DNA of 64,000 bases from Candidatus Kaiserbacteria bacterium (GCA_016217965.1 JACRFI010000009.1:3144-67143); one strand, 5' to 3'; numbered from the stretch's first letter, positions 17,484 to 27,797 are shown. The notes: generated from the letters alone by a model not told the origin. Program-made: numbers and translations.

Positions 17484-18212
17484 CTATATTCGAAAACCCA
17501 CGCGATACATGATGAGAGCGAAGAGAAACGCGACAATGGCCCGCACATTCACGAACGATGAGCGCCCTTTCTGCTTGAGGAACACACTCGGCACTTGTGC
17601 GACGCGGAAATTCTTGTAACACGCCTGAATTACCATCTCGGCATCAATGAACCAATCATCCGCTTCGAGCGTAAGGAGACTGAGCGCGTTACGAGTAAAT
17701 ATTTTTGGTTTGGCGTTTGCATCGTAAATCGTTACTCGAGGAAACAACACGCGCAACAACGTATTGTATATTCGCGAAATCAATATGCGCTCAAGGCCAT
17801 CGTGCCGCTTCACCCGGTACGTAAGCGCCATATCACTCGCATCTTCCATAAGCGCATCATAGACGCGCACAACATCTTGGATAGGATTCTGCCCATCGCC
17901 GTCGATGAACGCGATCGTTCTGCCCTCTGCTTCCTTAAGCCCCGTCTTCACATCCCATCCGAACATCCCTTTTTTCTCAAGCGTCACGGCGATTATGCGC
18001 TCCTCGCGCGAGGCAATGTCCCGAACGATGCCAGGCGTCGCATCACTCTCCTTTTCATCTGCATTGTAATTTCCCACAAGGACTAATCTGTAGGTAAGAT
18101 TTCTAGAGTCGAGACATTGCTTTGCCTGCTGCACAAATTCCCGCACTCGTTCACCGCCCTTATAACAGAGAATGACCAGCGTCAGGTCAACATCCTTTCC
18201 CCCTTCCGTCAT
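17484..18212 (-). CDS. GT2 polyprenol-phosphate glycosyltransferase (GtrB/DPM1-like)
   Basis: LVILCYKGGERV..., DGDGQN, C-terminal TM helix; 242 aa. Confidence 0.8.
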   Translation of the reverse strand: MTEGGKDVDLTLVILCYKGGERVREFVQQAKQCLDSRNLTYRLVLVGNYNADEKESDATPGIVRDIASREERIIAVTLEKKGMFGWDVKTGLKEAEGRTIAFIDGDGQNPIQDVVRVYDALMEDASDMALTYRVKRHDGLERILISRIYNTLLRVLFPRVTIYDANAKPKIFTRNALSLLTLEADDWFIDAEMVIQACYKNFRVAQVPSVFLKQKGRSSFVNVRAIVAFLFALIMYRVGFRI

Positions 18213-19039
18213 GCTGCTTTTTTATGGCGGCCAAAGTCGTCCTGCAGCCGCACGATATCTGCTTCATTGAATTTCCCGTACGCAACTTCTACGACAATAC
18301 CTCCACGTTTTGATCCCAGCCGATGAACTTGCCTCTTTTCAACTCGCAACACTTCTCCTTTGCGCAGAGAGATGGTATGTTCCCCTTTTTTATCGTGGAT
18401 AACGGCATACGCATCGCCCGAAACTAACAACCACCATTCTTCGCGATTGCGATGGTATTGAAGAGACACGCGTTTCTTCGGTTGAAGATAAATCGTTTTC
18501 AAATTCCACCCCTTTCCGCTATCCCAACCGTAATATTCACCCCATGGACGGACACTCCGCGATGCAGGCCGCCGCGCCGCCCCAATCATCCACGATGAAG
18601 ATTGGACCTTCCCGCCTCGCCCCACGTTCAACACTTCCTTGCAGCCGATCCGCTCACACACAACAGCTTCTATGGGACGTAAGTTGCCTGGCTTCCGGTC
18701 TCCTCCGTTTGCGAACACGGTCGGCCGCAATTCGGCAAGCTCTCGAGCAACGCTCATATCCTTGGGATTCTTGCTGTGTTTTGTGTACACAACCCTATCG
18801 ACAGGCGCGAGGGCCTCGATGAGCTCTTTCCGTTCTTTCTGCGGCATGAAGACGAAACCTTTTTTCGCGCGGAGCCAATTATCATTATTAAGGATGACGA
18901 CAAGTTTGTCGCCAAGCTTTTTCGCTGCCTGCATCATCCGCACGTGCCCGATGTGAATAGGATCAAACCCTCCAGAAACTGCGACCCATCGCGGTCTCTG
19001 GTGTGCATTCGTTTGCTTTTGCGGCTGTCCCTTAGCCAT
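18209..19039 (-). CDS. Fusion of a cytidylyltransferase-like nucleotidyltransferase (RfaE-domain-II/TagD-like) with a C-terminal mannose-6-P-isomerase type II cupin
   Basis: N-terminal GGFDPIHIGHVRMM (HxGH). C-terminal RPWGEY...SLQYHRNREEWWLLVSGDA...VEVAYG matches the ManC C-terminal cupin. Start set at ATG 19039 (MAKGQ). Confidence 0.65.
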   Translation of the reverse strand: MAKGQPQKQTNAHQRPRWVAVSGGFDPIHIGHVRMMQAAKKLGDKLVVILNNDNWLRAKKGFVFMPQKERKELIEALAPVDRVVYTKHSKNPKDMSVARELAELRPTVFANGGDRKPGNLRPIEAVVCERIGCKEVLNVGRGGKVQSSSWMIGAARRPASRSVRPWGEYYGWDSGKGWNLKTIYLQPKKRVSLQYHRNREEWWLLVSGDAYAVIHDKKGEHTISLRKGEVLRVEKRQVHRLGSKRGGIVVEVAYGKFNEADIVRLQDDFGRHKKAA

Positions 19040-19100
19040 ATTGAACGCAACACTACCATTAAAAGTGCGTCCATCATATAGTAATGCAGAAGCTATCCCT
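19040..19100. promoter_or_regulatory. Divergent promoter spacer between the nucleotidyltransferase-cupin fusion (minus) and the GT4 gene (plus)
   Basis: 61 bp between divergent start codons. Confidence 0.2.
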
Positions 19101-20312
19101 ATGAGAAAACCCAGTGTCCTTGTCGTGCTGCCATACGGCTTCAATGAGCGCATGGTGAACTTCATCGAGTTTGTTGTGAGCCGAATGCTTGCACAGAATG
19201 GGTGGCGCGTCATAGGAATTGCCCGGAGCGAACAAGGGCTTCCGCAAAACCACACTGTGCGGGACATAGAAGTGCATAGGTACAAAAGCACTCTTTCAGG
19301 ATTATTTCTTGTCCTAAAAATCTTCTTGAGGGATCGTCCCGACATTGTGCACGTCCATACGCTCCGCAACAACCGCGTTGGCATCTTTGTGTCCATCCTC
19401 TCCAAACTGAGCGCGACTCCTCTCGCATTCACAGAAAGCGGATTATTGCACGACCACTATCTCGTCGCCGATCGCGATGACCCGCTTCAAAAACCAATAG
19501 CCTACAATAATTTCGTCCGCCGGTTTGCAGATATTTTTACGAGCGGACAGGTGCTTTTCCGTTTCAAAAGCTACCTCTTCCACTTTGCGCTCTCACATGC
19601 GGATGCTGTTATTTTCCACTCCCATCACAATCTGCCGATTGCCGAAAAGCTAGGGCTAAAAAACGCACACTTACTCCCGCAAATATTGGACGAATCCAGG
19701 TGGAGTGATTCTGCGCACAGCGCGCACAAGGAAGAAGCCGCGAGTGCGATTGCAGGAATAAAGGAACCCTGCGCACTCTTCGTGGGGCAGATCAAGATGC
19801 GCAAGGGCTGGGACATTCTTCTCCGGTCCATTCCACACGTTCCCAAAGAGATAATCCACACGTTCATCATGGTAACGTCCTCCTCCGCGAGAGAAACCGA
19901 GGATGTTATAGCGCTGATCGATGAGCTTAAGGTGCGCGGCCGCGTGCTATTCCTCGGGCAGATATCGAATGCACTGCTGCGCCTGGCGTTCGAAAAGAGC
20001 ACACTTGTCGCCGTACCTTCACGCTATGAAGGTTTCGGGCTCGTACCACTTGAAGCGTTTGAAATGAAGCGGCCAGTCATCGCTTCGCGGGTGGAAGCCA
20101 TGACTGATTTTCTTGTTAACGGAAAAAACTCATACCTTGTTCCGCCAAAAGATCCGATAGCGCTTGCAAAAGGGGTCGTAGAGCTCGCACGAGACGAGGA
20201 ACTGCAGAACCGCCTCATTGCGGGCGGCCTCGCCACACTTGAGGAGATGCGGAGCGACGCCAATAGAAAAAAGTGGCTCGAGTTCTACAATGCGCTCCGC
20301 ACCCGTCTTTGA
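19101..20312 (+). CDS. GT4 (GT-B) glycosyltransferase
   Basis: C-terminal E-x7-E region (RYEGFGLVPLEAFEMKRPVIAS). Confidence 0.8.
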   Translation: MRKPSVLVVLPYGFNERMVNFIEFVVSRMLAQNGWRVIGIARSEQGLPQNHTVRDIEVHRYKSTLSGLFLVLKIFLRDRPDIVHVHTLRNNRVGIFVSILSKLSATPLAFTESGLLHDHYLVADRDDPLQKPIAYNNFVRRFADIFTSGQVLFRFKSYLFHFALSHADAVIFHSHHNLPIAEKLGLKNAHLLPQILDESRWSDSAHSAHKEEAASAIAGIKEPCALFVGQIKMRKGWDILLRSIPHVPKEIIHTFIMVTSSSARETEDVIALIDELKVRGRVLFLGQISNALLRLAFEKSTLVAVPSRYEGFGLVPLEAFEMKRPVIASRVEAMTDFLVNGKNSYLVPPKDPIALAKGVVELARDEELQNRLIAGGLATLEEMRSDANRKKWLEFYNALRTRL

Positions 20313-21835
20313 GGCGCATCCTCGCCTTCTACTACAAGGCGGATTTTCTTTGCGATAAAACCGGCAAACTCCTCGAGCGCAGCACGGCGCTTTTCACGGT
20401 CAGTCTCAAATTCCCAGATGTATATGAGGTCGCACACTGCGCTCTCTTCGAGAAGTGCCACAAAAAACCTGGTCACATCTTCAAGCCGAGCTTCTACAGT
20501 AAGCTGGCGCAATACCAACTCCGGCAACTCTTCCGGAACAGAAGAATGCGCGACAGAGGGCAGAGCATTGTAGAAGATGTGCCCAAACGTAATGACTGGT
20601 TTCCCTAGGAGCGTTGCTTCCCACCCGGCACCTCCTGAAATGATGGCGACAAGTTTCGACGCCCGTATGATATCGAAGCTCGATAGTTCCGGCCGTATCA
20701 GCCGCACATTCGGTATCTTCTTCAACTCCTTATAGTAGGCGCGAGGCCGAAAGGGCACCATTTGCGGATGCTCCTTTACGTACACATACATCCCCGCGGG
20801 AAGCGAGCGCGCGAGGCGGCGCACGATAGAAAGCTGATCCGTATCAAATGGAGCGAGGAGAAGAACCGTGAGCTCCGGCTCGTAATGAAGTGGGTAGAAG
20901 ACAAACGGCTTAGAGGGATCGTATGCATCGTACAAATCGTCAGCGCCGACAAGATTGCGCACCTTCCTGCGTACGCGGTCGACGACATAGTTGATAGGAT
21001 GCACGGTTATGTAATCGTCGCGCCTCTCCGACTCGCGAAGCCATTCGCGAACCATCTTTAGTATCCATCGCACGGATCGAAGAAGGTTATTCGGGAGCAA
21101 GAATTTAAAATACTTTCTCCTGCCGTGGTGAATCAACGACGCGTACGCTGCCGAATACATTGCTGGACGGGAGCGAAACTCTTCAATATGCCTGCGCGCT
21201 TGTTCATACCTAGGAATTGCCTCGAGCGCCGTGTTCTTATTCCTTTCGACCGCCTTCTCGACCCACGTCAGGCGGTCATACTCTAGAGAGAGTGATATAC
21301 GGTCCCGAGTCAAAGGATGCACGATAAAGATGACGGGAATGCCTCGCTTTTTAGCGATCGCATTCAAGAGAACCATCCACAAACCCCCCGGCAAATACGT
21401 AAAAACGAAATCAGGCCGCTCGCGGTCGAGGAACGCAGATATGTTCTTTGCATACACCTGCACAATGCGGAGCATCTCCTCATACGTGTATGGAGGCGTG
21501 TCGTACGGGTACTCGCGCACAAGCTGGCCCAAGCGGATCACGCGGTCAACATTGATGAACGACCAGAGGTTGCCGTGTTCTTTCTCGAACGCTTCCAGGT
21601 ATGGGAGATCCAGCAATTCGGTGCGATATTGCTTGTGGATGTCCTCATCAAGCATGATGCTCGTGTACTCAATATCCTTTTGCGATACGAGAAAGTCGTA
21701 GCTACCCCGCTGGTTTGCAAAAACACAGAACTCTCCGATCCCGTGCTTTTCTTTCAAGAGGACTGCGAGCTCATGCCCGACGTAGGCAAACTGCCGCTGC
21801 AACACGAGGCATCCTTTCATAGCGATGAGAGCCAA
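20285..21835 (-). CDS. Capsule_synth family protein (KpsS/KpsC-like GT-B; paralog of 45435-46850)
   Basis: Shares KPFVFYPLHYEPE, KEHPQ and GGAGWEATLLGKPVITFGHIFY with the paralog. Resembles the KpsS/KpsC (G-F/V-E-A-L..GKPV..G..Y) core. Confidence 0.5.
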   Translation of the reverse strand: MALIAMKGCLVLQRQFAYVGHELAVLLKEKHGIGEFCVFANQRGSYDFLVSQKDIEYTSIMLDEDIHKQYRTELLDLPYLEAFEKEHGNLWSFINVDRVIRLGQLVREYPYDTPPYTYEEMLRIVQVYAKNISAFLDRERPDFVFTYLPGGLWMVLLNAIAKKRGIPVIFIVHPLTRDRISLSLEYDRLTWVEKAVERNKNTALEAIPRYEQARRHIEEFRSRPAMYSAAYASLIHHGRRKYFKFLLPNNLLRSVRWILKMVREWLRESERRDDYITVHPINYVVDRVRRKVRNLVGADDLYDAYDPSKPFVFYPLHYEPELTVLLLAPFDTDQLSIVRRLARSLPAGMYVYVKEHPQMVPFRPRAYYKELKKIPNVRLIRPELSSFDIIRASKLVAIISGGAGWEATLLGKPVITFGHIFYNALPSVAHSSVPEELPELVLRQLTVEARLEDVTRFFVALLEESAVCDLIYIWEFETDREKRRAALEEFAGFIAKKIRLVVEGEDAPQRRVRSAL

Positions 21836-21860
21836 TATACAATAGATAGCGCGAACCGCT

Positions 21861-22655
21861 ATGGCACACTCTTTTTTCGACGGCGCGTACGTATCATATT
21901 GGAAAGAAAGGGTGGGAAACGCGGCCGACGGATCGAAAGTCTCTGATGAGAGCGTCGTTTCTTTCTTTCTTCAGAAACTGCCACTTGCAAAAAATAGCAG
22001 CGTTCTCGACCTCGGATGCGGGCACGGAAGGCTCTTTCCACTCCTCCATGAGAAAAGCGACCATATCGAAGGCGCTGATGTGACCGATGAAGCTGTAGCT
22101 GAATGCGCAAAGCTTCCGTACAAAAACGTGGTAAAAGGATCCGCAGAAAACACAACGCTCCCCTCAAACTATTTCGATGCGGTAGTTGCGTGGGCAACCT
22201 ACGACGTTGTGGAACAGGAAGCCGCGCTTGTTGAAGAAAATAGGATATTAAAAAAGGGTGGATACCTGCTTATTACCGGAAAAAACAAAGGATACGAGCC
22301 GACGGATGATCTGGCGTTCATCGCCGAGAGAAATGCGAAATTGAAAGATTTCCCGAACCACTTCACGGATGTATATGGACTCATCAAAGAGAGCTCGCTC
22401 TACGGATTCAGCGTGCGTGCCGGAGTTGGATTCCCGAGGCGAGGCGATTTCGGCAACCTGCAATTTTTCGACCTGCAGGCCGAAGAGCGCCCATGCTACG
22501 AATTCCTGCTGATACTTGAAAAAGAGGGAGCGCCCGCGCACGAGCGGCCCCTGATATGTTATGAATACAGCGACGTCGCAAAAGAGCAGGCGAAAGAGCA
22601 TCAGTTTGATGATGTACGCCAGTTCTTTCAGTGGCATGCACAGAACCATGGCTAA
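21861..22655 (+). CDS. Class I SAM-dependent methyltransferase
   Basis: LDLGCGHGR motif I and later MT motifs. Confidence 0.7.
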   Translation: MAHSFFDGAYVSYWKERVGNAADGSKVSDESVVSFFLQKLPLAKNSSVLDLGCGHGRLFPLLHEKSDHIEGADVTDEAVAECAKLPYKNVVKGSAENTTLPSNYFDAVVAWATYDVVEQEAALVEENRILKKGGYLLITGKNKGYEPTDDLAFIAERNAKLKDFPNHFTDVYGLIKESSLYGFSVRAGVGFPRRGDFGNLQFFDLQAEERPCYEFLLILEKEGAPAHERPLICYEYSDVAKEQAKEHQFDDVRQFFQWHAQNHG

Positions 22656-24018
22656 ACCAGGCATCGTCCACATTGTCCACCACGTTGATGCCGAGGGCCC
22701 ACTTTTCGAGGAGCCTGCGGAGACCCTTAAACGCATCGAAACAACATTCGGCACCAAACTTCCCTTTCCAAAAACTGGTCCCACGCTGCAAAAACTGCAG
22801 AGGGGAGAGCTTACCGTAGATGGAATACACGCTGCAAAGATGCAGGCTATGCTTGATCCGCACACGCTTCACACGCTCGGAACATGGAAACAGGTGCGCG
22901 CAATGTTGAAAAGAGTGACTGCGCGCGAGTTCCGCATGGAGGAGAAGGATAGTTTCGGCGGTGGATGGGTGTTCAACTGGCACGTGATGGACCATGTTGG
23001 ATTCAAAACAAATGAAAGGGGGAGAGATCTTGGATACCTGAAGATATTCAACGTATACGAGAAGATGCTTGCCGAGGACGAATCAAGGCGCGACGCTATC
23101 CATTGGCACTTTCACCCGATATCGCATTACAAGGAAGCGCATATCCCGGCAACCTCATACGATAATTCCTACCGCGAGATCCATGAAGTACTGTGCCGAC
23201 GCCTGATTGAAAAGAAATGGTTCCCGAGAGTCAATCGCGCTGGGTTCCATTCCGAACGGCCCGATTCAAATTGGTTTTTGGAACAATGGATTCCCTTTGA
23301 CGCATCGAACCAATCGATAGAAATGAGTGGCGAGGAGCAGCGGGATGCGATCAACGGCAGGTTCGGCGATTGGGCGGGTGCGCCAAGCGACTGGAGCATG
23401 TATCATCCCGATCTCTACGATTGGAGAAAAAAAGGAAACGCCCGGCGCGTTATCGCCCGCGCCCTGAACATGAGGTCACGCTTTAGGAACATCAACGAGC
23501 ACGAGTTGAAAAAAGCGTTCTCGAGAGCAGAAAAAGGCGAGAACATATACGTCGGCATCACGAATCACGATTGGCGTGATATGGAAGTTGAGATACGCGA
23601 TTTTAGAAAACTGCTCATTTCTACGCGTGCAGAGTTCCCCACCGTGGAATACAAATTCTCTGAATCGGTCGATGCGTTCAGAAGCGCCCTTGGACTGGCC
23701 CCCGATGTTATACAAGGAGCACGCATTGATCTTGATTGCACGCTCCAAGACGATGTCTTAGTTGTAAAGGTAACAAACGGAGAACCGTTTGGGCCACAAC
23801 CATACCTCGCAATAAAGACAAAAAAGGGAGAGTATTTCCACGACAACTTTGATTTTGGAGTGTTCAAGAAAACCTACATGTACACGCTGGATAGGTATAC
23901 GGTAGAGACAAAGGACATCGACACAATTGCGATTGCCTCGAATGATCTATACGGAAATACGTGCATATGCAACATTCGGTTCCACAAAAATTCCCCGAGC
24001 ACAAAGCATTTTCTTTGA
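22648..24018 (+). CDS. Hypothetical protein, possibly glycoside-hydrolase/deacetylase superfamily (GH38/GH57-like HxHxD N-terminus)
   Basis: HIVHHVDAEGP near the N-terminus plus additional His-rich motifs (WHFHP). No confident family assignment. ATG 22648 overlaps the upstream stop. Confidence 0.35.
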   Translation: MAKPGIVHIVHHVDAEGPLFEEPAETLKRIETTFGTKLPFPKTGPTLQKLQRGELTVDGIHAAKMQAMLDPHTLHTLGTWKQVRAMLKRVTAREFRMEEKDSFGGGWVFNWHVMDHVGFKTNERGRDLGYLKIFNVYEKMLAEDESRRDAIHWHFHPISHYKEAHIPATSYDNSYREIHEVLCRRLIEKKWFPRVNRAGFHSERPDSNWFLEQWIPFDASNQSIEMSGEEQRDAINGRFGDWAGAPSDWSMYHPDLYDWRKKGNARRVIARALNMRSRFRNINEHELKKAFSRAEKGENIYVGITNHDWRDMEVEIRDFRKLLISTRAEFPTVEYKFSESVDAFRSALGLAPDVIQGARIDLDCTLQDDVLVVKVTNGEPFGPQPYLAIKTKKGEYFHDNFDFGVFKKTYMYTLDRYTVETKDIDTIAIASNDLYGNTCICNIRFHKNSPSTKHFL

Positions 24019-24082
24019 GCCACCCCACTCTCTTGCGTTTCTGCGTATAGACAAGACTGAGATTTCGTGGCAAAATCACGGC

Positions 24083-24829
24083 GTGAAAAATCCTAGTGTT
24101 CTGACAGTAATACCTGCGAGAAGCGGTTCGAAGAGGATACCGAGCAAGAATATTCGCCTGTTCGCAGGGAAACCCCTTATCGTGCATACGATCAGGCAAG
24201 CAAAAAAGATCCCATTCATAGGACGAATTATTGTAGACACAGACTCAAAACAAATCGCCACGCTTGCGAGACACGAGAGCGCTGAAGTTCCCTTCCTCCG
24301 GCCTAAGCGCCTCGCAGGTGACACTTCGCAAGTGGCAGACAGCCTGCGGCACCTCCTTATGAGACTTAAATCAAACGAGGGATACGTCCCCGACTACGTG
24401 CTCATTCTCCAGGCAACATCCCCGCTCCGGAAACTTTCAGACATTACGGCCTGCTGGAGAGCGATGAAAAAAGGCGGAGCAACAACCGTACTCACTGTTA
24501 CCCCTACACATCCGCGTCTCTACCACATACGTCGCGGATTCATCGCGCTTGTGAATGGTTCCGAGAAAGACTCGACGAATATGCAGGCATGGGAAAGTGC
24601 GTACATACTAAATGGCTGCTTTGCCTACATCGTGAAGACTGCTGCATTTCTAAAAGAGGGCCGCATCATCACGAAAAAGACACGGCCAGTCATCTGCCCC
24701 AAATGGCGTTCCGTTGACCTCGACACCCCGGAGGATTGGGCGCTTGCGGAGCACCTCTTCAAGAACCGTGGTGCGATCGAAACCGCGATTCGGAAGATAG
24801 GGCGGGCTCATGCTATAAAAACAATATGA
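24083..24829 (+). CDS. CMP-nonulosonic acid synthetase (acylneuraminate cytidylyltransferase family, CTP_transf_3; NeuA/PseF/LegF-like), GTG start
   Basis: VIPARSGSKRIPSKN, P-loop-like N-terminus, about 248 aa. Confidence 0.8.
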   Translation: MKNPSVLTVIPARSGSKRIPSKNIRLFAGKPLIVHTIRQAKKIPFIGRIIVDTDSKQIATLARHESAEVPFLRPKRLAGDTSQVADSLRHLLMRLKSNEGYVPDYVLILQATSPLRKLSDITACWRAMKKGGATTVLTVTPTHPRLYHIRRGFIALVNGSEKDSTNMQAWESAYILNGCFAYIVKTAAFLKEGRIITKKTRPVICPKWRSVDLDTPEDWALAEHLFKNRGAIETAIRKIGRAHAIKTI

Positions 24830-25611
24830 ACCCTCACGGATTTGATGTTGCTGGCCGCACATACGTAGTGATCGGAGGGGCAGGACTCATTGGCAGCGCA
24901 TTCTCTCGCGCTCTTGGAGAAGCGGGATGCAACGTTGTTATCGCTGACGCGAACAAAAAGAGAGGTGCGGAGCTCCTTCAGAGCATCCGCAGAAGTGGCG
25001 GGAAAGCCCATTTCGAGCGTGTCGATATCGGAAGCGCGTCTTCCATCGAGAAACTCTCGAAAAAGGTCGTCAAGATGTTCGGCAGCGTACATGGCGTTGT
25101 AAACGCTGCATATCCGCGGACTCCGAAGTACCCGCAGGCTTTTGAGAAAACGCCGCAAAAGGAGACGGAGAAAAACCTTGCGCTCATGCTCGGCAGCAAT
25201 TTTTCTATCGTCCGCGCATTTTCTGGGCCCATGAAGAAACAAAAACATGGTTCCATAGTGCTCCTCGGTTCCATCTACGGCATAGCGGCTCCCCGCTTCA
25301 GCATTTACAAAGGAACGGACATGATAAACCCTCCCGAGTATGCTGCGGCAAAAGGTGGCACCATCATGCTCGCAAAGTACTTCGCATCTCTTCTCGGGCC
25401 GTACAACATCCGCGTGAATTCTATTTCCCCCGGGGGCGTTCTCAATAACCAGCCCAAACCGTTTTTGAAGGAATACGCGAAGCACGCGAAGCTCGCGCCC
25501 GGAATGCTTGTGCCAGAAGATCTTGCAGGCGCACTCATCTTTCTTTTCGGAGATGCGTCAAAAAAGGTCACAGGGCAGAACATCGTAGTTGACGGCGGCT
25601 GGACGATATGA
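24826..25611 (+). CDS. Short-chain dehydrogenase/reductase (SDR)
   Basis: GGAGLIGSA, a YAAAK-type catalytic motif, and ATGA overlap with neuA-like. Confidence 0.8.
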   Translation: MNPHGFDVAGRTYVVIGGAGLIGSAFSRALGEAGCNVVIADANKKRGAELLQSIRRSGGKAHFERVDIGSASSIEKLSKKVVKMFGSVHGVVNAAYPRTPKYPQAFEKTPQKETEKNLALMLGSNFSIVRAFSGPMKKQKHGSIVLLGSIYGIAAPRFSIYKGTDMINPPEYAAAKGGTIMLAKYFASLLGPYNIRVNSISPGGVLNNQPKPFLKEYAKHAKLAPGMLVPEDLAGALIFLFGDASKKVTGQNIVVDGGWTI

Positions 25612-26651
25612 AAACGCTGAAGATCGGAAAACACGCCATAGGAAAAGGCGTCTTTATAATCGCAGAAGCCGGGGTTAACCATAACGGAAGACTTGATCTT
25701 GCCCTAAAACTTGTTGATGCCGCAGCTGAGTGCGGTGCGGACGCTATCAAGTTCCAGACCTTCAGAGCACCAGAACTCGTAACGAGTGCTGGAAAAATGG
25801 CAGCATATCAAAAAAGAAACACAGGAAAAAATGAGAGCCAACTCTCGATGCTGCGCAAACTCGAACTCCGCGAGTCATTGTATGCGCCGATCATCGCACG
25901 GTGCAAAAAGCGCAACATACTGTTTCTTTCTGCCGCGCATGGCGGATTTGCCAGCGTTGACCTTCTTGCCGCTCTCGGAGTCCCCGCATTTAAATTCAGC
26001 TCAGCCGACCTCACCAATCTTCCGGTCCTATCCCACGCTGCCAGATACAAAAAGCCGATGATAATCTCGACTGGCATGGCAACAATGCAAGAGATAGAAG
26101 AGGCAGTGCGCGCGATCAAAAAGGAGGGCAACGACAAGATCATCATCTTGCAATGCACGACGGATTACCCGACTGATCCTAAAGAAGTGAACCTCCGCGC
26201 AATGCAAACGATCGCCCGCCGATTAGGAACTCATGTCGGTTTCTCAGACCACACCTCTGGCATGCAAGCTGCCATTATGGCGGCAACGCTCGGCGCGTGT
26301 GTGATAGAGAAACATCTGACACTCGATAAACATATGCAGGGCCCCGACCACGCAGCATCAGAAAATCCTCGGGAGTTCCGAAAGTTTGTGGATGCCATCC
26401 GGCTTGTCGAGCCTCTGCTCGGCTCCCGCACGAAAAAACCAACAGTCTCAGAGAAAAAATATATCCCGCTGGTCAGAAAGAGCATTGTCGCAAACTGTTC
26501 TATAAAAAAGGGAGAACTGTTCACTCGCGATTCAATCGCGATAAAGCGCCCAGGAACCGGGCTCCATCCGCGCTTTTTCTCCAGATTCCTTGGGAAAAAA
26601 GCGAAACGGAACATAGAGAAGGACGCGCCCCTCTTGAGAAGCGACATATGA
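25608..26651 (+). CDS. neuB: Nonulosonic acid synthase (NeuB/PseI/LegI family, with SAF domain)
   Basis: FIIAEAGVNHNG, KFQT, C-terminal SAF-like domain; 347 aa. Confidence 0.9.
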   Translation: MKTLKIGKHAIGKGVFIIAEAGVNHNGRLDLALKLVDAAAECGADAIKFQTFRAPELVTSAGKMAAYQKRNTGKNESQLSMLRKLELRESLYAPIIARCKKRNILFLSAAHGGFASVDLLAALGVPAFKFSSADLTNLPVLSHAARYKKPMIISTGMATMQEIEEAVRAIKKEGNDKIIILQCTTDYPTDPKEVNLRAMQTIARRLGTHVGFSDHTSGMQAAIMAATLGACVIEKHLTLDKHMQGPDHAASENPREFRKFVDAIRLVEPLLGSRTKKPTVSEKKYIPLVRKSIVANCSIKKGELFTRDSIAIKRPGTGLHPRFFSRFLGKKAKRNIEKDAPLLRSDI

Positions 26652-27796
26652 AAAAGAAATCGATCCTTGTGATTACTGGCACGCGAGCCGAGTATGGCCT
26701 CTTGTATGAGACGATACAGGCGCTTCAGAAGAGCCAACGGCTTTCGATGCGACTTCTCGTTACCGGCATGCATACGGTACGGAAGTACGGGTATACGTTG
26801 CAGGGCATACGGCGCGATAACATTCCGATCGCCTGCGTGGTGCCGATTCACGAACACGACACAATGCTTCAGGCCTTCGCCAAAGAAGTGCTCGGGATTG
26901 ACGCATATTGCGTTAAAACTCGCCCCGACATGATCCTCGTTCTCGGCGATCGGGGCGAACCGCTCGCCGGCGCGGTCGTGGCGGCTAACCTCAATATCCC
27001 CGTCGCACATATTCACGGAGGCGACACGAGCGGCATAACAACAGCAGACGAACTTGTGAGGCACAGCATCACCAAACTTTCGCACTTACACTTCCCCGTC
27101 TCGCCTGCGAGCGCGAAACGGCTTCGTGCGCTGGGTGAAGAATCGTGGCGCATCCACATGCTGGGAGCGCCTGGGATCGAACACATCGCAAGCGCCCGCT
27201 TCCCTTCTCGCGCTGCCGTGGCCAGAAAGCACGGGCTCGACCCGCAGAAACAATGGATACTAGTCGTGCACCACCCGACGCCGTTTGAGAAGGTGCCAAT
27301 GGAAAAACAAATACGCCCTCTTCTTTCCTCACTCACATCGCAGCAAAGACATGAAGAAAAGATCATCGTCTATCCCAATACTGATACGGGATCCGCTGTT
27401 TTTATTCGCGAGATCGATCGTGTTAGAAATGAACCGCGCGTGCACGTGTATCCCAATTTGGAGCGTGATGAATATCTACACCTTTTCCGCCATAGCGCAT
27501 GCATAATTGGAAATTCAAGTTCAGGAATTATTGAATCAACGCCACTCCACGTGCCTTCAATAACCATCGGCAGCAGGCAGGACGGGCGATCTCGCGGCAA
27601 AAACGTAATCAGTGCATCGTACGACGCATCATCGATCGAACGAGCGCTTAGGAAGGCGCTTGGTGCCACATTTGCGTCGCGGACGAAGAACGCAAAAAGC
27701 CCATACGGGTCGGGAAATGTGGGCAGTTCTATCGTGAAGCGACTTGAGAAATACGTGTGCGATCCACGGTTGTTCCATAAGCGAGTCGCCTCGTAA
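26648..27796 (+). CDS. neuC: UDP-N-acetylglucosamine 2-epimerase (hydrolysing), NeuC/LegG-like
   Basis: Typical N-terminus ILVITGTRAEYGLL, plus HIHGGD. Confidence 0.9.
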   Translation: MKKKSILVITGTRAEYGLLYETIQALQKSQRLSMRLLVTGMHTVRKYGYTLQGIRRDNIPIACVVPIHEHDTMLQAFAKEVLGIDAYCVKTRPDMILVLGDRGEPLAGAVVAANLNIPVAHIHGGDTSGITTADELVRHSITKLSHLHFPVSPASAKRLRALGEESWRIHMLGAPGIEHIASARFPSRAAVARKHGLDPQKQWILVVHHPTPFEKVPMEKQIRPLLSSLTSQQRHEEKIIVYPNTDTGSAVFIREIDRVRNEPRVHVYPNLERDEYLHLFRHSACIIGNSSSGIIESTPLHVPSITIGSRQDGRSRGKNVISASYDASSIERALRKALGATFASRTKNAKSPYGSGNVGSSIVKRLEKYVCDPRLFHKRVAS

Positions 27797-27797
27797 T

